Positions 8,681-19,430 of a stretch of DNA of 64,000 bases are shown here, piece after piece (position 1 is the stretch's first letter; each line of letters starts with the position of its first letter). The translations under genes and the position numbers were made by a program. The notes under the pieces are model-generated. The model did no database searches. It was not told the DNA's origin and saw only the letters and a list, made by a program, of their open reading frames with translations. The stretch is from an uncultured Candidatus Saccharibacteria bacterium (GTDB lineage: Bacteria > Patescibacteriota > Minisyncoccia > Phycocordibacterales > UBA1006), in the NCBI GenBank assembly GCA_964350165.1, contig CAYGJA010000003.1:4233-68232 (forward strand). The letters run 5' to 3'.

Positions 8681-9220
8681 ATGAAAAAGAAACTCTTCAC
8701 ACTGGTGCTGGTGGTGATTATCTTGGCAGCCATTATCTATCCCTACGGGGAGAAAAAAGGCTGGTGGGATGATTGGTCGTCAAAACCTACCACCACGAGA
8801 CAACGGGGGTTCTACCCCCGAGAGACCTACCTGCTAGGTCAAGATACGGCAAGCTACGACCGGGACAGCCTCCTGGTCATTTTCCGAGTGCTGTCTTCAG
8901 ACAGCACCTATGTAATCAGCACTGCCGGGGTTCTGAATATGGGGGTGGCGCAAATCACCCCCAGCGACATTACCCACGGCAGCTTCCCAATCATGGCTCG
9001 CTGGGAGGCCCTGGACGGCCGAATAGTGGCCCCCAGAACCAACCTAAACTGGTCCGCGATCCTGATGAACATGCAGGATGGGGGGAATGTTTGGCCTCAA
9101 GAGATGAACTCGGTCAGGCTATCTTTCACAGCGGACCAGACCAACTTTCTGGCAGCCGCCGACACGGTGCCACTAAAAAAAGCCACCCTGTGGCGGGTAA
9201 TGAAGAAGACAAAAAAATAA
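8681..9220 (+). CDS. Hypothetical protein with N-terminal membrane anchor
   Basis: Promoter-like TGGACA-N17-TATAAT upstream (8632-8660); MKKKLFTLVLVVIILAAII. Confidence 0.65.
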   Translation: MKKKLFTLVLVVIILAAIIYPYGEKKGWWDDWSSKPTTTRQRGFYPRETYLLGQDTASYDRDSLLVIFRVLSSDSTYVISTAGVLNMGVAQITPSDITHGSFPIMARWEALDGRIVAPRTNLNWSAILMNMQDGGNVWPQEMNSVRLSFTADQTNFLAAADTVPLKKATLWRVMKKTKK

Positions 9221-9266
9221 AAACAAGAGGCGGCAGACAGAGTTGCCGTCTCACAACACCAGTTAA

Positions 9267-10262
9267 ATGAAAAATTTCGCAGTTTCGGTACTAGTTGTTG
9301 CTGCTTATTTTCTTCTCGGCCTTGGTGTCGGGTGGGTAATAGACACAGCAGCAGCCCAGCTACTAGGGGTGGAGCCTACTAGCTGGCTGGTCATCCCGGG
9401 CACGGCAATTCTCGTGGCCTATTTACTGTTCACGGCTAGCACGGTCATAAAGATCGTGCCCGGCCAAGAAGCGGAAGTTCGCTTTCGCAATGCTTTTTTT
9501 GCCACGGTAAAGAGCGGTGGCGACTTACTTTTACCCCCTGGATTTTCGGGGATAACCGTAAAGACAAGTACGAGCCAAAAAACGCTATCAACAACGGTTA
9601 TTGACCGGAACGGGCTCGAGATACCCGTGGAGGTAACAATGGACTACCGTATCCACGGCAGTCGAAAAGCCTTGACGTTGATAGATACGGACAAGAAACA
9701 GACGCTAGAGGGTCTCCTTCAAGAGATTCTAGAGAAAGTGTGCGCCGCATTCCAGGACTATACGGCAAAGCTACCTATAGTCATATTCAACCTGAAGGGA
9801 AAAACCTCAGAAGTGCGAGTGGAAATGAATCGAGATCTGCTCAGAGAAGGACTGAGTATAGAAGAAATTACAAAAGGATTCAGGGCAGCCAAATGGGACA
9901 AATCCATATTCCGGGTCGCACCGGATCCCCCAACAATCGTCTTCTACGATTGTATCCACGTCCTCGCCTTGACGGTAAAGGACGTGGAAGTTCCAAAAAA
10001 AATCCGAGAAGAAATGGAGCGTCTTCTCCAAGAGTTCATCGAAACAGCTGCTGCTGGAGCAGAGATGGATGAAATTTTAAACAGGATGAAGGAACAGGTG
10101 AAGGAGGGAGGAAACCCAGACCTTGTCCTCGGAAATCTCTACAAACGCCTTGGCAAAGTAGAAGGCGGTCCCACGGTCAAAAAATTGATCGTGGATGCGG
10201 GCGAGGGCAATAACCTGATGGCCAAAATCCTCGCGGCCATAAATACGGCCCGCAGCGAATAG
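9267..10262 (+). CDS. Divergent SPFH/band-7 family membrane protein
   Basis: Two N-terminal TMs; IKIVPGQEAEVRFR...SGGDLLLPPG, IPVEVTMDYRI, LTVKDVEVPKKIREEME. Confidence 0.7.
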   Translation: MKNFAVSVLVVAAYFLLGLGVGWVIDTAAAQLLGVEPTSWLVIPGTAILVAYLLFTASTVIKIVPGQEAEVRFRNAFFATVKSGGDLLLPPGFSGITVKTSTSQKTLSTTVIDRNGLEIPVEVTMDYRIHGSRKALTLIDTDKKQTLEGLLQEILEKVCAAFQDYTAKLPIVIFNLKGKTSEVRVEMNRDLLREGLSIEEITKGFRAAKWDKSIFRVAPDPPTIVFYDCIHVLALTVKDVEVPKKIREEMERLLQEFIETAAAGAEMDEILNRMKEQVKEGGNPDLVLGNLYKRLGKVEGGPTVKKLIVDAGEGNNLMAKILAAINTARSE

Positions 10263-10270
10263 CAATTAAC

Positions 10271-10306
10271 AAGTTGGCCTGAATCTCTCAGGTCAACTTT
10301 TCTTTT
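10271..10306 (+). terminator. Intrinsic terminator after the SPFH gene
   Basis: AAGTTGGCCTGA-ATCTC-TCAGGTCAACTT followed by TTCTTTT. Confidence 0.65.
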
Positions 10307-10332
10307 GCAAAATTTTTAAATTTTAATATTGA

Positions 10333-10626
10333 TTATTGGAACGCTGCCTCGTCCACCCGCACGTCTCCCCCGTCGGTTATCTCGATATAATCAGCGTCAA
10401 CCGTGTCTACAATCAGGCGCATGATCCCAAACACTCCGAGCATAATGGTCAGACCAAGCAAACCCCAAACCATGTGTCGCGAGTATTGGTTAGTGTCTTC
10501 ACCGGCTTTTTTTGATAGAAAATACTGGACAATTCCCCAGATAAAATAAGCAGTGGCTGCTGCCAGCATCAGCTGGATCAAGGGGTTGAGAATAAAAATA
10601 GATATTCTTTTTACTAGTTCGATCAT
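10333..10626 (-). CDS. Small VirB2/TrbC-like pilin (CPR type)
   Basis: ILNPLIQLMLAAATAYFIWGIVQYF...HMVWGLLGLTIMLGVFGIMRLI hairpin of two hydrophobic helices. Confidence 0.75.
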   Translation of the reverse strand: MIELVKRISIFILNPLIQLMLAAATAYFIWGIVQYFLSKKAGEDTNQYSRHMVWGLLGLTIMLGVFGIMRLIVDTVDADYIEITDGGDVRVDEAAFQ

Positions 10627-10696
10627 TCGTGTAGATTTTAAACAAGCTGCTTACCCAAGCAGGGCACCCAGAGGGTGCCCTGCAAATGTAAATAGC

Positions 10697-11137
10697 CTAT
10701 AGGGCGATTCTTTCTCCAGTACCACCAGTACCAATACCGACAGTGGAAGAAACAAACGCGATGATACCCCAAAGTCCAGTAACCACAAGCATCGCGATGA
10801 TGCCTCCAATCATGGCCCCTCGGGCAGCCTCTTTGTCTTCTGGTCCCTTTGCCAAGGCAAAGCGAACTACGTTGTATAGGAAGTAAGCTAGCGCTACACC
10901 AGAAAGAATGGTGAAGATACTGTTTACCCATACGTTTATGTTGGTCAGGTTGTCCCGAACAGCGGTGTCATCGACGATAGGAACGTTAGCTTCGAGTGGG
11001 TCGATCTGGAATCCAGCTTGACCTCCCGGAGTAACCGCCTGTGCCATTGCATCTTGTGCAATCAATGACCATGCCATTACAGAAACACCAGCACCAGCAA
11101 TCAGGTTGCTAAGTTTTGATTTGATGTTTTTTTTCAT
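10697..11137 (-). CDS. VirB2/TrbC-like pilin with signal peptide
   Basis: DAMA|Q; FLYNVVRF...EDKEAARGAMIGGIIAMLVVTGLWGIIAFVSSTVGI. Confidence 0.75.
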   Translation of the reverse strand: MKKNIKSKLSNLIAGAGVSVMAWSLIAQDAMAQAVTPGGQAGFQIDPLEANVPIVDDTAVRDNLTNINVWVNSIFTILSGVALAYFLYNVVRFALAKGPEDKEAARGAMIGGIIAMLVVTGLWGIIAFVSSTVGIGTGGTGERIAL

Positions 11138-11224
11138 AAATTTGATATTTGTGCGTTGAACACGAAGTTCAATATAAAAACTAATAATGCACTGATGTAA
11201 GTATACAATGCGTCACCCCCACGT

Positions 11225-11611
11225 CTAGTCCTGGATATAGATACCCGGTGGATTAGCCGTTCCTCCTAATCCAATTCCAAACGTAGACGAGATAAATCCA
11301 ACGATGCCCCACAGGCCAACTAGCACAAACATACCAATTATGCCCCAGACCAACCAGCGCTTGGCTTCTTCTCTTTTGTTCTGATCTCCTTGGGCACTAA
11401 TCAATCGGATAAGCCCCCACATGAACGTTGCCAGGGCTGCTCCGGACAATAGGGCGATTACGGATGTTCCGATAATCTCGGCAAAACTATCAATGATTCC
11501 CTTGAGGGTGCTGGTGTCGGCGCTGGCCACACCAGGCACGGCCAACAAGAACGCTACCACCCAAATATACCGTGACCATGATTGTATTTTTGTTTGCATA
11601 ATTTTTTTCAT
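11225..11611 (-). CDS. VirB2/TrbC-like pilin with signal peptide
   Basis: FMWGLIRLISAQGDQNKREEAKRWLVWGIIGMFVLVGLWGIVGFI. Confidence 0.8.
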   Translation of the reverse strand: MKKIMQTKIQSWSRYIWVVAFLLAVPGVASADTSTLKGIIDSFAEIIGTSVIALLSGAALATFMWGLIRLISAQGDQNKREEAKRWLVWGIIGMFVLVGLWGIVGFISSTFGIGLGGTANPPGIYIQD

Positions 11612-11626
11612 CTAAATTAATATACC

Positions 11627-12457
11627 CTACACTCCGCGCAATTGGTCAACGGTACCCTGGATAGCTTCGGCAATCACCCAAGCTCCCAACAGTATGGCCC
11701 CACCAATCACCGCTGCCAACAAGGCTTTCTTGCCGTTCTTTATCTTTTCCTGATTACCACCAGCCGTGACCAACAAGAAGCCCGCATAGATAATCGCCAG
11801 AGCAACCAACGGAATACCAATTACGAATACGATAGTAATCAGTTGACGAATAACGGCAGGTATCGAATCATAAGCAATTGGGTTTTCCAGTAAATCAAAA
11901 GAAAGAGGATCGTCGGCCGACGACGGCGCGGCTGGTTCTGCCCAATTAGCAGGACTGGGGGACCCCCACTGTGCACTTTTGTCACAAGACGTATCGCAAA
12001 AATACCCTAGCTGATTACTAAGATTGACATTGCTCAAACCGGTATTAAGCGCAAGGACTCCATCCACAAAAACCTTTACAGAAACCTTACAAGCAGGAGA
12101 ATTGCTTCCGTTACATTTATCGTCTCCCAAAGTAAAAGCATGTGTGATTACGGTATTAAAAGTTCCCCCGGCAGGGGCCTGAGTAGTCAAGGACCCAATC
12201 TCACCATTACGATTCCAAGCCTCCACTCGGACTACGTTGCCCGTACAATTGTTAGCGTTTACGGTAATGGTGGCGTTTGGTGGATTAATATCCAAATACC
12301 AACCAGTAGCTTGTGAACCATTGGGGCTAATGGTTGCAGAAGAAATCGAACAATTAGGCTGTGCCCAGGCTTCAGCTGTTCCCATGGCAACAGTACCAAT
12401 CACCACCAAAGCAATCCCTATAACGGCAACACCTATTTTTTTAAAAAAAGTCATCAT
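11627..12457 (-). CDS. Pilin-domain protein with N-terminal Cys-rich extracellular domain
   Basis: C-terminal LENPI...IIYAGFLLVTAGGNQEKIKNGKKALLAAVIGGAILLGAWVI. Confidence 0.8.
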   Translation of the reverse strand: MMTFFKKIGVAVIGIALVVIGTVAMGTAEAWAQPNCSISSATISPNGSQATGWYLDINPPNATITVNANNCTGNVVRVEAWNRNGEIGSLTTQAPAGGTFNTVITHAFTLGDDKCNGSNSPACKVSVKVFVDGVLALNTGLSNVNLSNQLGYFCDTSCDKSAQWGSPSPANWAEPAAPSSADDPLSFDLLENPIAYDSIPAVIRQLITIVFVIGIPLVALAIIYAGFLLVTAGGNQEKIKNGKKALLAAVIGGAILLGAWVIAEAIQGTVDQLRGV

Positions 12458-14574
12458 AGATCTGGAATATTTAGTAGTGAATAAGCCCCATCAGCACCCA
12501 AGAACCTCAATACTGTTGCCACAAGCAACCAAGCGATAACAACAATAATTAATCCTGTGAAGAATTTTCCAAAAGCACCTTTTGCTTGTTGCAAACGACT
12601 TGGATTCCCCCCACTGGTTAGTATCATTATACCAGTAATGACAGACATCAAACCAGCCAAAGGAATCACCATGAGGAAAATAAAATTAATAATATTAGAA
12701 ATTAATTCTACAAAATAATTATAATTACAGTCGTTTTGACAAGGAACAAGTGGTTTTGTTTGACTATCGTCAGGAACAATTCCAATCTCTCTGAATTCTT
12801 CGAATTCTGCTTCCATCTGCACATCGTCATTCAATTGGATAATGATACCGTTCCCCCTTCCCACTATTTCCATAAGGCTGGTGGTGGCGTTGAATTGTCG
12901 CCAAGCGGCCAAACGCCAACCAGTATTCGGCGTGGCCACAACCTCGATCAAAGACCCTACGGGATACGTCCCCGCCCCGGCAACCGTACCTCCACCAGCG
13001 GGAGTGACGTTAACAGACAGTGTCTTGCTTGTATTAGCGGCAAAATTAGCAATCAATTCCCTGTTCCCCAACATAGTCGCAATTGCTCGCTTGGACGTAA
13101 GTGTGGCGCCATTTTCTAACTCCCAATTCAAGAACTGGTATCCAGTATTTGGAAAGGCGTCGATGTTTACGTCGGAATTAATCGGATAGGTCCCCTCTCC
13201 CTGCACGCGACCGCCAGAAGAATCCACATTACCGTCAGTTTTGATGGTGATTTTTAGGGAATATTCTTTGGCTAATGGATTGGCAGACCAGCGACCAACA
13301 GAAGAAGGCATGTCACAAGCCCCAAAACAATGAAAACCAATTGCATTCATGCTCGTAGTACGGAGCCCCGCTCCACGGCTACTATGCAGAATCCCCAGAG
13401 AGTTAACCGGGGAGACGTCTTCTATTTCTATAAAAAACTGACAAGCTGGAAAAAGACCCAAATCACACCCACCATCCCCCAGGTTGGCTGTCGTAGATAG
13501 CTCCATAATATCCAACGATTGATTGTAGGGATTGCTGGTTAGATCAAAACCAAATAGAGCATCATTAAAATCCAACTCTTGGCTGGAAACAGCAATCGCT
13601 CCCGGCAAAGTAGTCTTGAGACCAATGGTTACTTTTAGTTTTTTGCCATAACAATTCGTTGCAAGCCATTTTATCTCGACCGGCAAGGTTCCTCCATCAT
13701 AGGAAAATAAAAGATTTCCTTGGGGGTCAAAATTAACCGGCCCAATTGTACAATCAGATTGTGTTTGGATATTTCCACCCGAGCTATCAGAAGATGGCAG
13801 ATAGGGCGATATCCCCGAAGCAAAGACAGCCGTCAGAGTGCGATCACTATTGGTAAGCTTGACCTTGATTCGAGGATTAGTCGAAACCCTAACGCCACCT
13901 TCGGTCCATTCCAAAAGATAATTTCCCGGATCGGGTAATGCCTGCACATTGACCTCGGTATCGATAGGGAACGTTCCACCACCAATCGCCCGACCGTCGC
14001 CTTGCGCATTCAGAGCAAGTGTATACGAGGACTGAAACGCCTGGGTGGTAATGGGATTGATGGTGGTAGTGGGAGGAGAGTTACCAGTACCCCTATTGAA
14101 TCCAATAACGTCCTTGCTTGTGGAATACAGGGGAGTGGCTTGGCTTGAAAAAATCTCCACCGATGGCCCATCAGAAAAAGTAAGATAATACTGACATTGA
14201 GGAGACGATCCATCATCCCTACAACCTTCCTCACCAATATTAATAGTGGCATTTTGAAGTTTGACGATGGCATTGGTTGGACCAGTGCCAACAGAAATAG
14301 TTCTGTCTGCAACAATCACATTCCCGAGGGAGGTTCTCCCCCATACGCGCAAATACACCGTTGACCCCTGACAATTGCTCAGGGTGGCATCAAGAGCCAC
14401 TGATCGATTAGTGCGAGTATACCAGGCAGACTGATTACCGGCTGGATCAAGCTTTACCTCAGACACCACACAAGTGTTTTGAGCAAAAGCATCATCGCCA
14501 ACAAAAGTTAGCCCGACAAAAAAACCAATAATTCCGACCAAGGCTATTATTTTTTTGATTACTTGTTTTTTCAT
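12454..14574 (-). CDS. Large pilin-domain protein: two Cys-rich domains, three InlB B-repeat-like units, C-terminal pilin
   Basis: GGGTFPIDTEVNVQALPDPGNYLLEW, GEGTYPINSDVNIDAFPNTGYQFLNW, GAGTYPVGSLIEVVATPNTGWRLAAW; PLVPC...GIMILTSGGNPSRLQQAK. Confidence 0.8.
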   Translation of the reverse strand: MKKQVIKKIIALVGIIGFFVGLTFVGDDAFAQNTCVVSEVKLDPAGNQSAWYTRTNRSVALDATLSNCQGSTVYLRVWGRTSLGNVIVADRTISVGTGPTNAIVKLQNATINIGEEGCRDDGSSPQCQYYLTFSDGPSVEIFSSQATPLYSTSKDVIGFNRGTGNSPPTTTINPITTQAFQSSYTLALNAQGDGRAIGGGTFPIDTEVNVQALPDPGNYLLEWTEGGVRVSTNPRIKVKLTNSDRTLTAVFASGISPYLPSSDSSGGNIQTQSDCTIGPVNFDPQGNLLFSYDGGTLPVEIKWLATNCYGKKLKVTIGLKTTLPGAIAVSSQELDFNDALFGFDLTSNPYNQSLDIMELSTTANLGDGGCDLGLFPACQFFIEIEDVSPVNSLGILHSSRGAGLRTTSMNAIGFHCFGACDMPSSVGRWSANPLAKEYSLKITIKTDGNVDSSGGRVQGEGTYPINSDVNIDAFPNTGYQFLNWELENGATLTSKRAIATMLGNRELIANFAANTSKTLSVNVTPAGGGTVAGAGTYPVGSLIEVVATPNTGWRLAAWRQFNATTSLMEIVGRGNGIIIQLNDDVQMEAEFEEFREIGIVPDDSQTKPLVPCQNDCNYNYFVELISNIINFIFLMVIPLAGLMSVITGIMILTSGGNPSRLQQAKGAFGKFFTGLIIVVIAWLLVATVLRFLGADGAYSLLNIPDL

Positions 14575-14579
14575 AAGAA

Positions 14580-15929
14580 CTATTCAGAAAAAGCGTTTTC
14601 GGAGCCTAGATTAAGTCCACCCTGTTTTGGAAAAGCCTCGTTAATGGCCTGGTTAGTACGGACCACTGCGCTTTCTGGAGCCAACAACCCGGCGTTAACA
14701 TCACGAATCAGACGTCGAAAAGCGGCTTCGGTTTCGGCTGCATTGGGGTCGTACCAGGCTCTGGCAATAATGGCTGAATTATAGAAAGTCTGAATGTATT
14801 CTTCATCAGAAGGTCGAGATTGCAATAACCCCGAATAAACTGGTGGCAACTGCAAGCCGTACGCCAACCCCACCCCATAACGACTTCCCGTCAATTCTTG
14901 CATCACCTGCAGGGCAACCAAGGGATTCTTGGAAGCCTTGTTGAGCATCATGGATTGCATGGTAGCAAAAGTGGCTTTTGGCATATCACGCATCTGAGGC
15001 AACAAAGCCACACCAACGTTGATATTAGGATTAATGCGCAAGAATGTCCTCACCTCGCTAGCATAACCAAAGTACACCGCCAAGTCTTCTGCCAAAAACG
15101 CGTCGCGAGTGTTAGCCATGCCTGTATTCCAGCTATAGTGGGTCTTGGTAGGGTCTGTAAAAGAAGTATAAAATTCGACGGTTTGAGCACTAAAATCCCT
15201 GATGTTTGTAAAGTCCTGAGACAAAACCGCTAGAAATCTGTCACGACGTGGCTGAACAATCGGATTGCGAGTCTGCAAAAACATGGCAGACAGGATATCT
15301 TTGGCATGGTTTACATTATCAAAAGAACCCAATCCAACCGCGCTGAGATCCACCGACACCGACACCGCATCGGTAACTTGTTCAGAGAAGGCAATAAATT
15401 CGTCCCAATACTCGGGTGGGCGCACGATAAAATCAGAGGACAATAAATTCTTGTTGTAGTACATCACCAGCGGGTCCAAAATAAAAGGCAATCCTAATGC
15501 GCCTTGATCAGACAGGAGCAAATCCGCCATATCTACATAACTGGATTGAAATGTCTGCTTGGGCAATCGAGCATAGCTAATCGGAATGACTTTGTCTTGA
15601 TACTGGACGATTTTGTTATGTGGCAACACAAAAACGTCAGGCCCCTGCCCAACCGCCAGTGCCTCTATGAGCTCTCTGTCAAAAGTGCTTTCATTTTTTT
15701 GAACATATTCGATTTTGAGCGTGTCATTGTTGTCCTCCAAGTCACCAATTGCGCTCTCGAAATAAGTTGGAGACAAAACCCCCCAAATAGTTACATTACC
15801 TGCGATTTGTGGTCCCTGGTTTGATTTTCCAATAGGAATAATCTGAGAAAAAACCAATACCGCAAACACAAAAATAGCTCCAAAGATAACCAGTGATATG
15901 ATTTGGAATTTTTTGGTTTTACTTTTCAT
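14580..15929 (-). CDS. Extracellular solute-binding protein (sugar ABC SBP-like)
   Basis: N-terminal TM, VTIWG, EALAVGQGPDVF, LPFILDPLVMYYNKNL, AVYFGYASE. Confidence 0.85.
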   Translation of the reverse strand: MKSKTKKFQIISLVIFGAIFVFAVLVFSQIIPIGKSNQGPQIAGNVTIWGVLSPTYFESAIGDLEDNNDTLKIEYVQKNESTFDRELIEALAVGQGPDVFVLPHNKIVQYQDKVIPISYARLPKQTFQSSYVDMADLLLSDQGALGLPFILDPLVMYYNKNLLSSDFIVRPPEYWDEFIAFSEQVTDAVSVSVDLSAVGLGSFDNVNHAKDILSAMFLQTRNPIVQPRRDRFLAVLSQDFTNIRDFSAQTVEFYTSFTDPTKTHYSWNTGMANTRDAFLAEDLAVYFGYASEVRTFLRINPNINVGVALLPQMRDMPKATFATMQSMMLNKASKNPLVALQVMQELTGSRYGVGLAYGLQLPPVYSGLLQSRPSDEEYIQTFYNSAIIARAWYDPNAAETEAAFRRLIRDVNAGLLAPESAVVRTNQAINEAFPKQGGLNLGSENAFSE

Positions 15930-16449
15930 ATGTCAAAACAAACCCATAATGATGCGCTCCGGCCAAAATATCTTTTTCAAAAACAAAACCAGCTCGGTCA
16001 AACAGTTCTTTGGCTTTGGTGACCGTAACCACCTGATCTGGATGTGGTCCCATTTGCCCAAAAGATTCCATCCAGTCAATAACGAGCACTCGGCCACCGG
16101 GCTTTAGGATGCGCTTGGTCTCTTCGACAAGACCCGCCAGGTTCTCGATTTGAAAGAGAACATTACACACCAGGGCGGCATCAATCGAATTCTCTCGTAA
16201 GCGAGTCCCTCCAGGGTGCTCGATATCACCCCAGACCACCTTGACATTATGAACCCCCTTGTCTTTCATGTCTTGGTCGACTCGTCCCAACATGTCTTTT
16301 TGGACCTCTACCGCGTAGACTTGCCCGGAAGTTCCCACCACTGCGCCAGCTGCCGCAGCATAAAAGCCTGAACCAGCTCCTAAATCAGCAACGTGGTCAC
16401 CCTCACGCAAACCAAGCTGCGCTATATTCTTTTCTGGTTCACTAAACAC
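15919..16449 (-). CDS. Class I SAM-dependent methyltransferase
   Basis: VADLGAGSGFY, VYAVEVQ, RILKPGGRVLVIDW; likely GTG start 16449. Confidence 0.88.
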   Translation of the reverse strand: MFSEPEKNIAQLGLREGDHVADLGAGSGFYAAAAGAVVGTSGQVYAVEVQKDMLGRVDQDMKDKGVHNVKVVWGDIEHPGGTRLRENSIDAALVCNVLFQIENLAGLVEETKRILKPGGRVLVIDWMESFGQMGPHPDQVVTVTKAKELFDRAGFVFEKDILAGAHHYGFVLTYEK

Positions 16450-16483
16450 AGTATTGTTTCTATTGTAGTTCAACGGAGCAAGT

Positions 16484-18985
16484 TTAGGATTCTGATTGTG
16501 GATTAGCAGTGGAGTCTCCTCCCACATCCAGCAAGGTAACTGATGCAACCTTGTCCCCAGCGCGCAGTTTCATGATACGTACCCCCTGAGTAGAACGACC
16601 CAACTCAGAGATATCTTTTATCTCTAGACGAATGACCTGACTCTTTTCGGAAATCGCTACCAATTCGTGTTCTTGATTTTGAGGCACCACCTGAGCGCTT
16701 ACTAGTTGGCCGGTTTTGGTGGTAAGGTTGGCGGTCTTGATGCCCGACCCACCCCTACTTTGGGTTTTGTATTCATTGATATTGGTCTTTTTTCCATAGC
16801 CATTTTCGGCAACCACCAACAAATCTGCTGCTGGAGCAGCCTGGCTAATAACCCCGACTCCAACCACAATGTCGCCTTTTTTCAGCTTCATGCCCTTGAC
16901 CCCGGCGGCTGTTCGCCCCATGGTGCGTATTTCTTCTGATTCAAACCGAATTGACTGACCTTTCTGGGTAACCAAAATCAATTCGTCATCCTTGGAAACA
17001 AAACGCACTGCGAATAATTCGTCGCCGTCTTTTAGACTGATAGCAATCAAGCCGTTGCGTCGCACTTGTCGGAAACTATCTACGTCTACTTTTTTGACAA
17101 TTCCCTGCCTGGTAATAAAGAACAAATCTCCTTCTTTGTCTTTTTTGTCAGGGCTCATTGGCAAAATAGACGTCACTCGTTCGTGGTCCTCAATTTCCAA
17201 AAAGTTCATAATTGATTTTCCTCGAGTAGCGCGACCGCTTTCTGGAATATCGTACATTTTTATGGCATAGACTTTGCCCAAATCAGTAAAGAAAAGCAGT
17301 TCGCTCTTGGTGCTAGTATTGAGCATGTGCGTAACCACGTCTTCTTCTTTGGTGTTGATGTCCACCACTCCAACCCCGCCTCGTTTTTGTTTACGAAAAT
17401 CAGATGGATCGGTTCGTTTTACATAACCACCCTGGGTATAGACCAAAATTGAATTTTTGTCCTGGACCAAATCTTCGTCAGAAATATTTTTGACCTCGCG
17501 CGCCATTACCTTGGTGCGACGCTCGTCGTTGTGTTTTTCTTTGATTTCGACCAGCTCTTCTTTGATGACCGCCAGCATCTTTTTGGGACTTTTCAAAAGA
17601 TCCTTGAGGAAGGCGATGAATTTTAGGATTTCTTTGAGTTCGTCTTCGATTTTTTTGCGTTCCAATCCAGCTAGTTTTTGCAAACGCATATCAAGAATAG
17701 CCTGCGCCTGCACGTCAGTGAATTTGAATTTCTTGATCAAATTAAGCTGTGCACTTGGAGTGTCTTTGGACTCCTTAATCACTTTGATAACGGCGTCAAT
17801 ATTATCCAAAGCTTTTTTCAATCCTTCGAGAATATGAGCTCTGGCTTCTGCTTTTTTGAGGTCATATTCCGAACGACGCCTGACAACTTCTTTGCGGTGT
17901 TCCAAGAAATAATTGATGATTTCCTTTAGGGAAAGCGTCTGCGGAACACCATCCACCAAAGCCACCATATTGAAGTTAAATTTTGCCTCTAGTTCAGTGT
18001 GCTTGTACAAAAAATTAAGAATACGCTGTGGATTCACTCCAGCTTTGAGTTCAATCACGATTCGCATATCGCGAGTAGATTCATCGCGAAAATCCTTGAT
18101 ACCTTTTAGCTTTTTTTCTTGGACTAATTTTGCAATTTTTTCAATCAGTGAGGTTTTGTTGACACGAAAAGGAATCGAACTAATGATAATCTGATAGTCG
18201 CCTTTTTTGTTTTGGGTTATTTCGGTTTCACCACGAGTAACCACACCTCCGCGACCAGTAGCGTATGCCTGGACAATATCTTTTTTGTTGAAAATAATTC
18301 CTCCAATTGGAAAATCTGGACCTTTGATGTGTTCAAGCAAATCAGTATTGGTTGCTTCTGGATTATCAATAAGCTCTACACAAGCATCGACAACTTCTCC
18401 CAAGTTGTGAGGAGGAATATTGGTAGCCATACCAACGGCGATACCCAGCTCTCCGTTGAGCAACAAGTGTGGCAAAGCCGAAGGAAGTACGGACGGTTCT
18501 TGTTTGGTATCGTCATAGTTAGGGCGAAAATTAACGGTTTCTTTAGCGATATCCTTGAGCAATTCTCCCGAGATTTTAGACATTTTGGCTTCGGTATAAC
18601 GCATGGCCGCCGCCGAGTCGCCGTCGATTGAACCAAAGTTTCCCTGTCCCATCACCAGCGGATATCGATACGAGAACTCTTGAGCCATTTTTACCATCGC
18701 TTCATACACAGAAACGTCACCATGAGGATGATAGTTACCCAATACTTCTCCAACCACAGCCGCGGATTTTCGGAATTTTGCTCCGGCAGTAAGCCCCATA
18801 TTATGCATGGCAAACAGGATGCGTCGATGCACTGGCTTGAGACCGTCACGAACATCGGGCAAAGCACGCGACGTAATAACGGACATAGAATACGCCATAA
18901 AAGATTCCTTGATCTCTGTCGAAATCGACATAGGAATTACTTCATCGTGAATATTGATTGTTTTGTTCTGTTCGTCCTTGGCCAT
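16484..18985 (-). CDS. gyrA: DNA gyrase subunit A
   Basis: [30 protein letters not shown] catalytic Tyr, GyrA box QKRGGVG, beta-pinwheel repeats. Confidence 0.98.
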   Translation of the reverse strand: MAKDEQNKTINIHDEVIPMSISTEIKESFMAYSMSVITSRALPDVRDGLKPVHRRILFAMHNMGLTAGAKFRKSAAVVGEVLGNYHPHGDVSVYEAMVKMAQEFSYRYPLVMGQGNFGSIDGDSAAAMRYTEAKMSKISGELLKDIAKETVNFRPNYDDTKQEPSVLPSALPHLLLNGELGIAVGMATNIPPHNLGEVVDACVELIDNPEATNTDLLEHIKGPDFPIGGIIFNKKDIVQAYATGRGGVVTRGETEITQNKKGDYQIIISSIPFRVNKTSLIEKIAKLVQEKKLKGIKDFRDESTRDMRIVIELKAGVNPQRILNFLYKHTELEAKFNFNMVALVDGVPQTLSLKEIINYFLEHRKEVVRRRSEYDLKKAEARAHILEGLKKALDNIDAVIKVIKESKDTPSAQLNLIKKFKFTDVQAQAILDMRLQKLAGLERKKIEDELKEILKFIAFLKDLLKSPKKMLAVIKEELVEIKEKHNDERRTKVMAREVKNISDEDLVQDKNSILVYTQGGYVKRTDPSDFRKQKRGGVGVVDINTKEEDVVTHMLNTSTKSELLFFTDLGKVYAIKMYDIPESGRATRGKSIMNFLEIEDHERVTSILPMSPDKKDKEGDLFFITRQGIVKKVDVDSFRQVRRNGLIAISLKDGDELFAVRFVSKDDELILVTQKGQSIRFESEEIRTMGRTAAGVKGMKLKKGDIVVGVGVISQAAPAADLLVVAENGYGKKTNINEYKTQSRGGSGIKTANLTTKTGQLVSAQVVPQNQEHELVAISEKSQVIRLEIKDISELGRSTQGVRIMKLRAGDKVASVTLLDVGGDSTANPQSES

Positions 18986-19066
18986 ACAGAGGAATTACTG
19001 ATTAGTAAAAGCAAGCAAGCGGAAAGCCTGTCATGATTGGCATAGTATACACCATAATTACGTTTT

Positions 19067-19429
19067 TTACTGTTCTGCGTCGGTCTGAGGTTGTGTGCCT
19101 GGATAATTAATCGGAACAACGCTTTCTGGGTTCTCTTCTTTTTTCTGAAAAATATTCCGATCGGGAACAATGTCTTCGCTGACCTCTTCCACATAGCGTA
19201 TCATGTCTCGCCAGGTGTCAGACAGTATGGAAAAAGGGCTTGATTGTTGTATTCCCTGTTGAGCCAAGATTGTGTTCTTGGTAGCCACAGAACGAGCAAC
19301 AGCCTGAATTCCATAAAAGCCCCCCACCAAAACAACTGTTAAAATTACAGCGGCCACAAAAACAAATCGCTGTTTAAAAGCCGGTGACTGGGCTCGTATT
19401 TTTTCTATTTGTTCAGAAAGCCTACTCAC
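19067..19429 (-). CDS. Hypothetical single-TM protein
   Basis: Co-oriented between the MBL gene and gyrA; one TM; likely GTG start at 19429. Confidence 0.6.
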   Translation of the reverse strand: MSRLSEQIEKIRAQSPAFKQRFVFVAAVILTVVLVGGFYGIQAVARSVATKNTILAQQGIQQSSPFSILSDTWRDMIRYVEEVSEDIVPDRNIFQKKEENPESVVPINYPGTQPQTDAEQ

Positions 19430-19430
19430 G

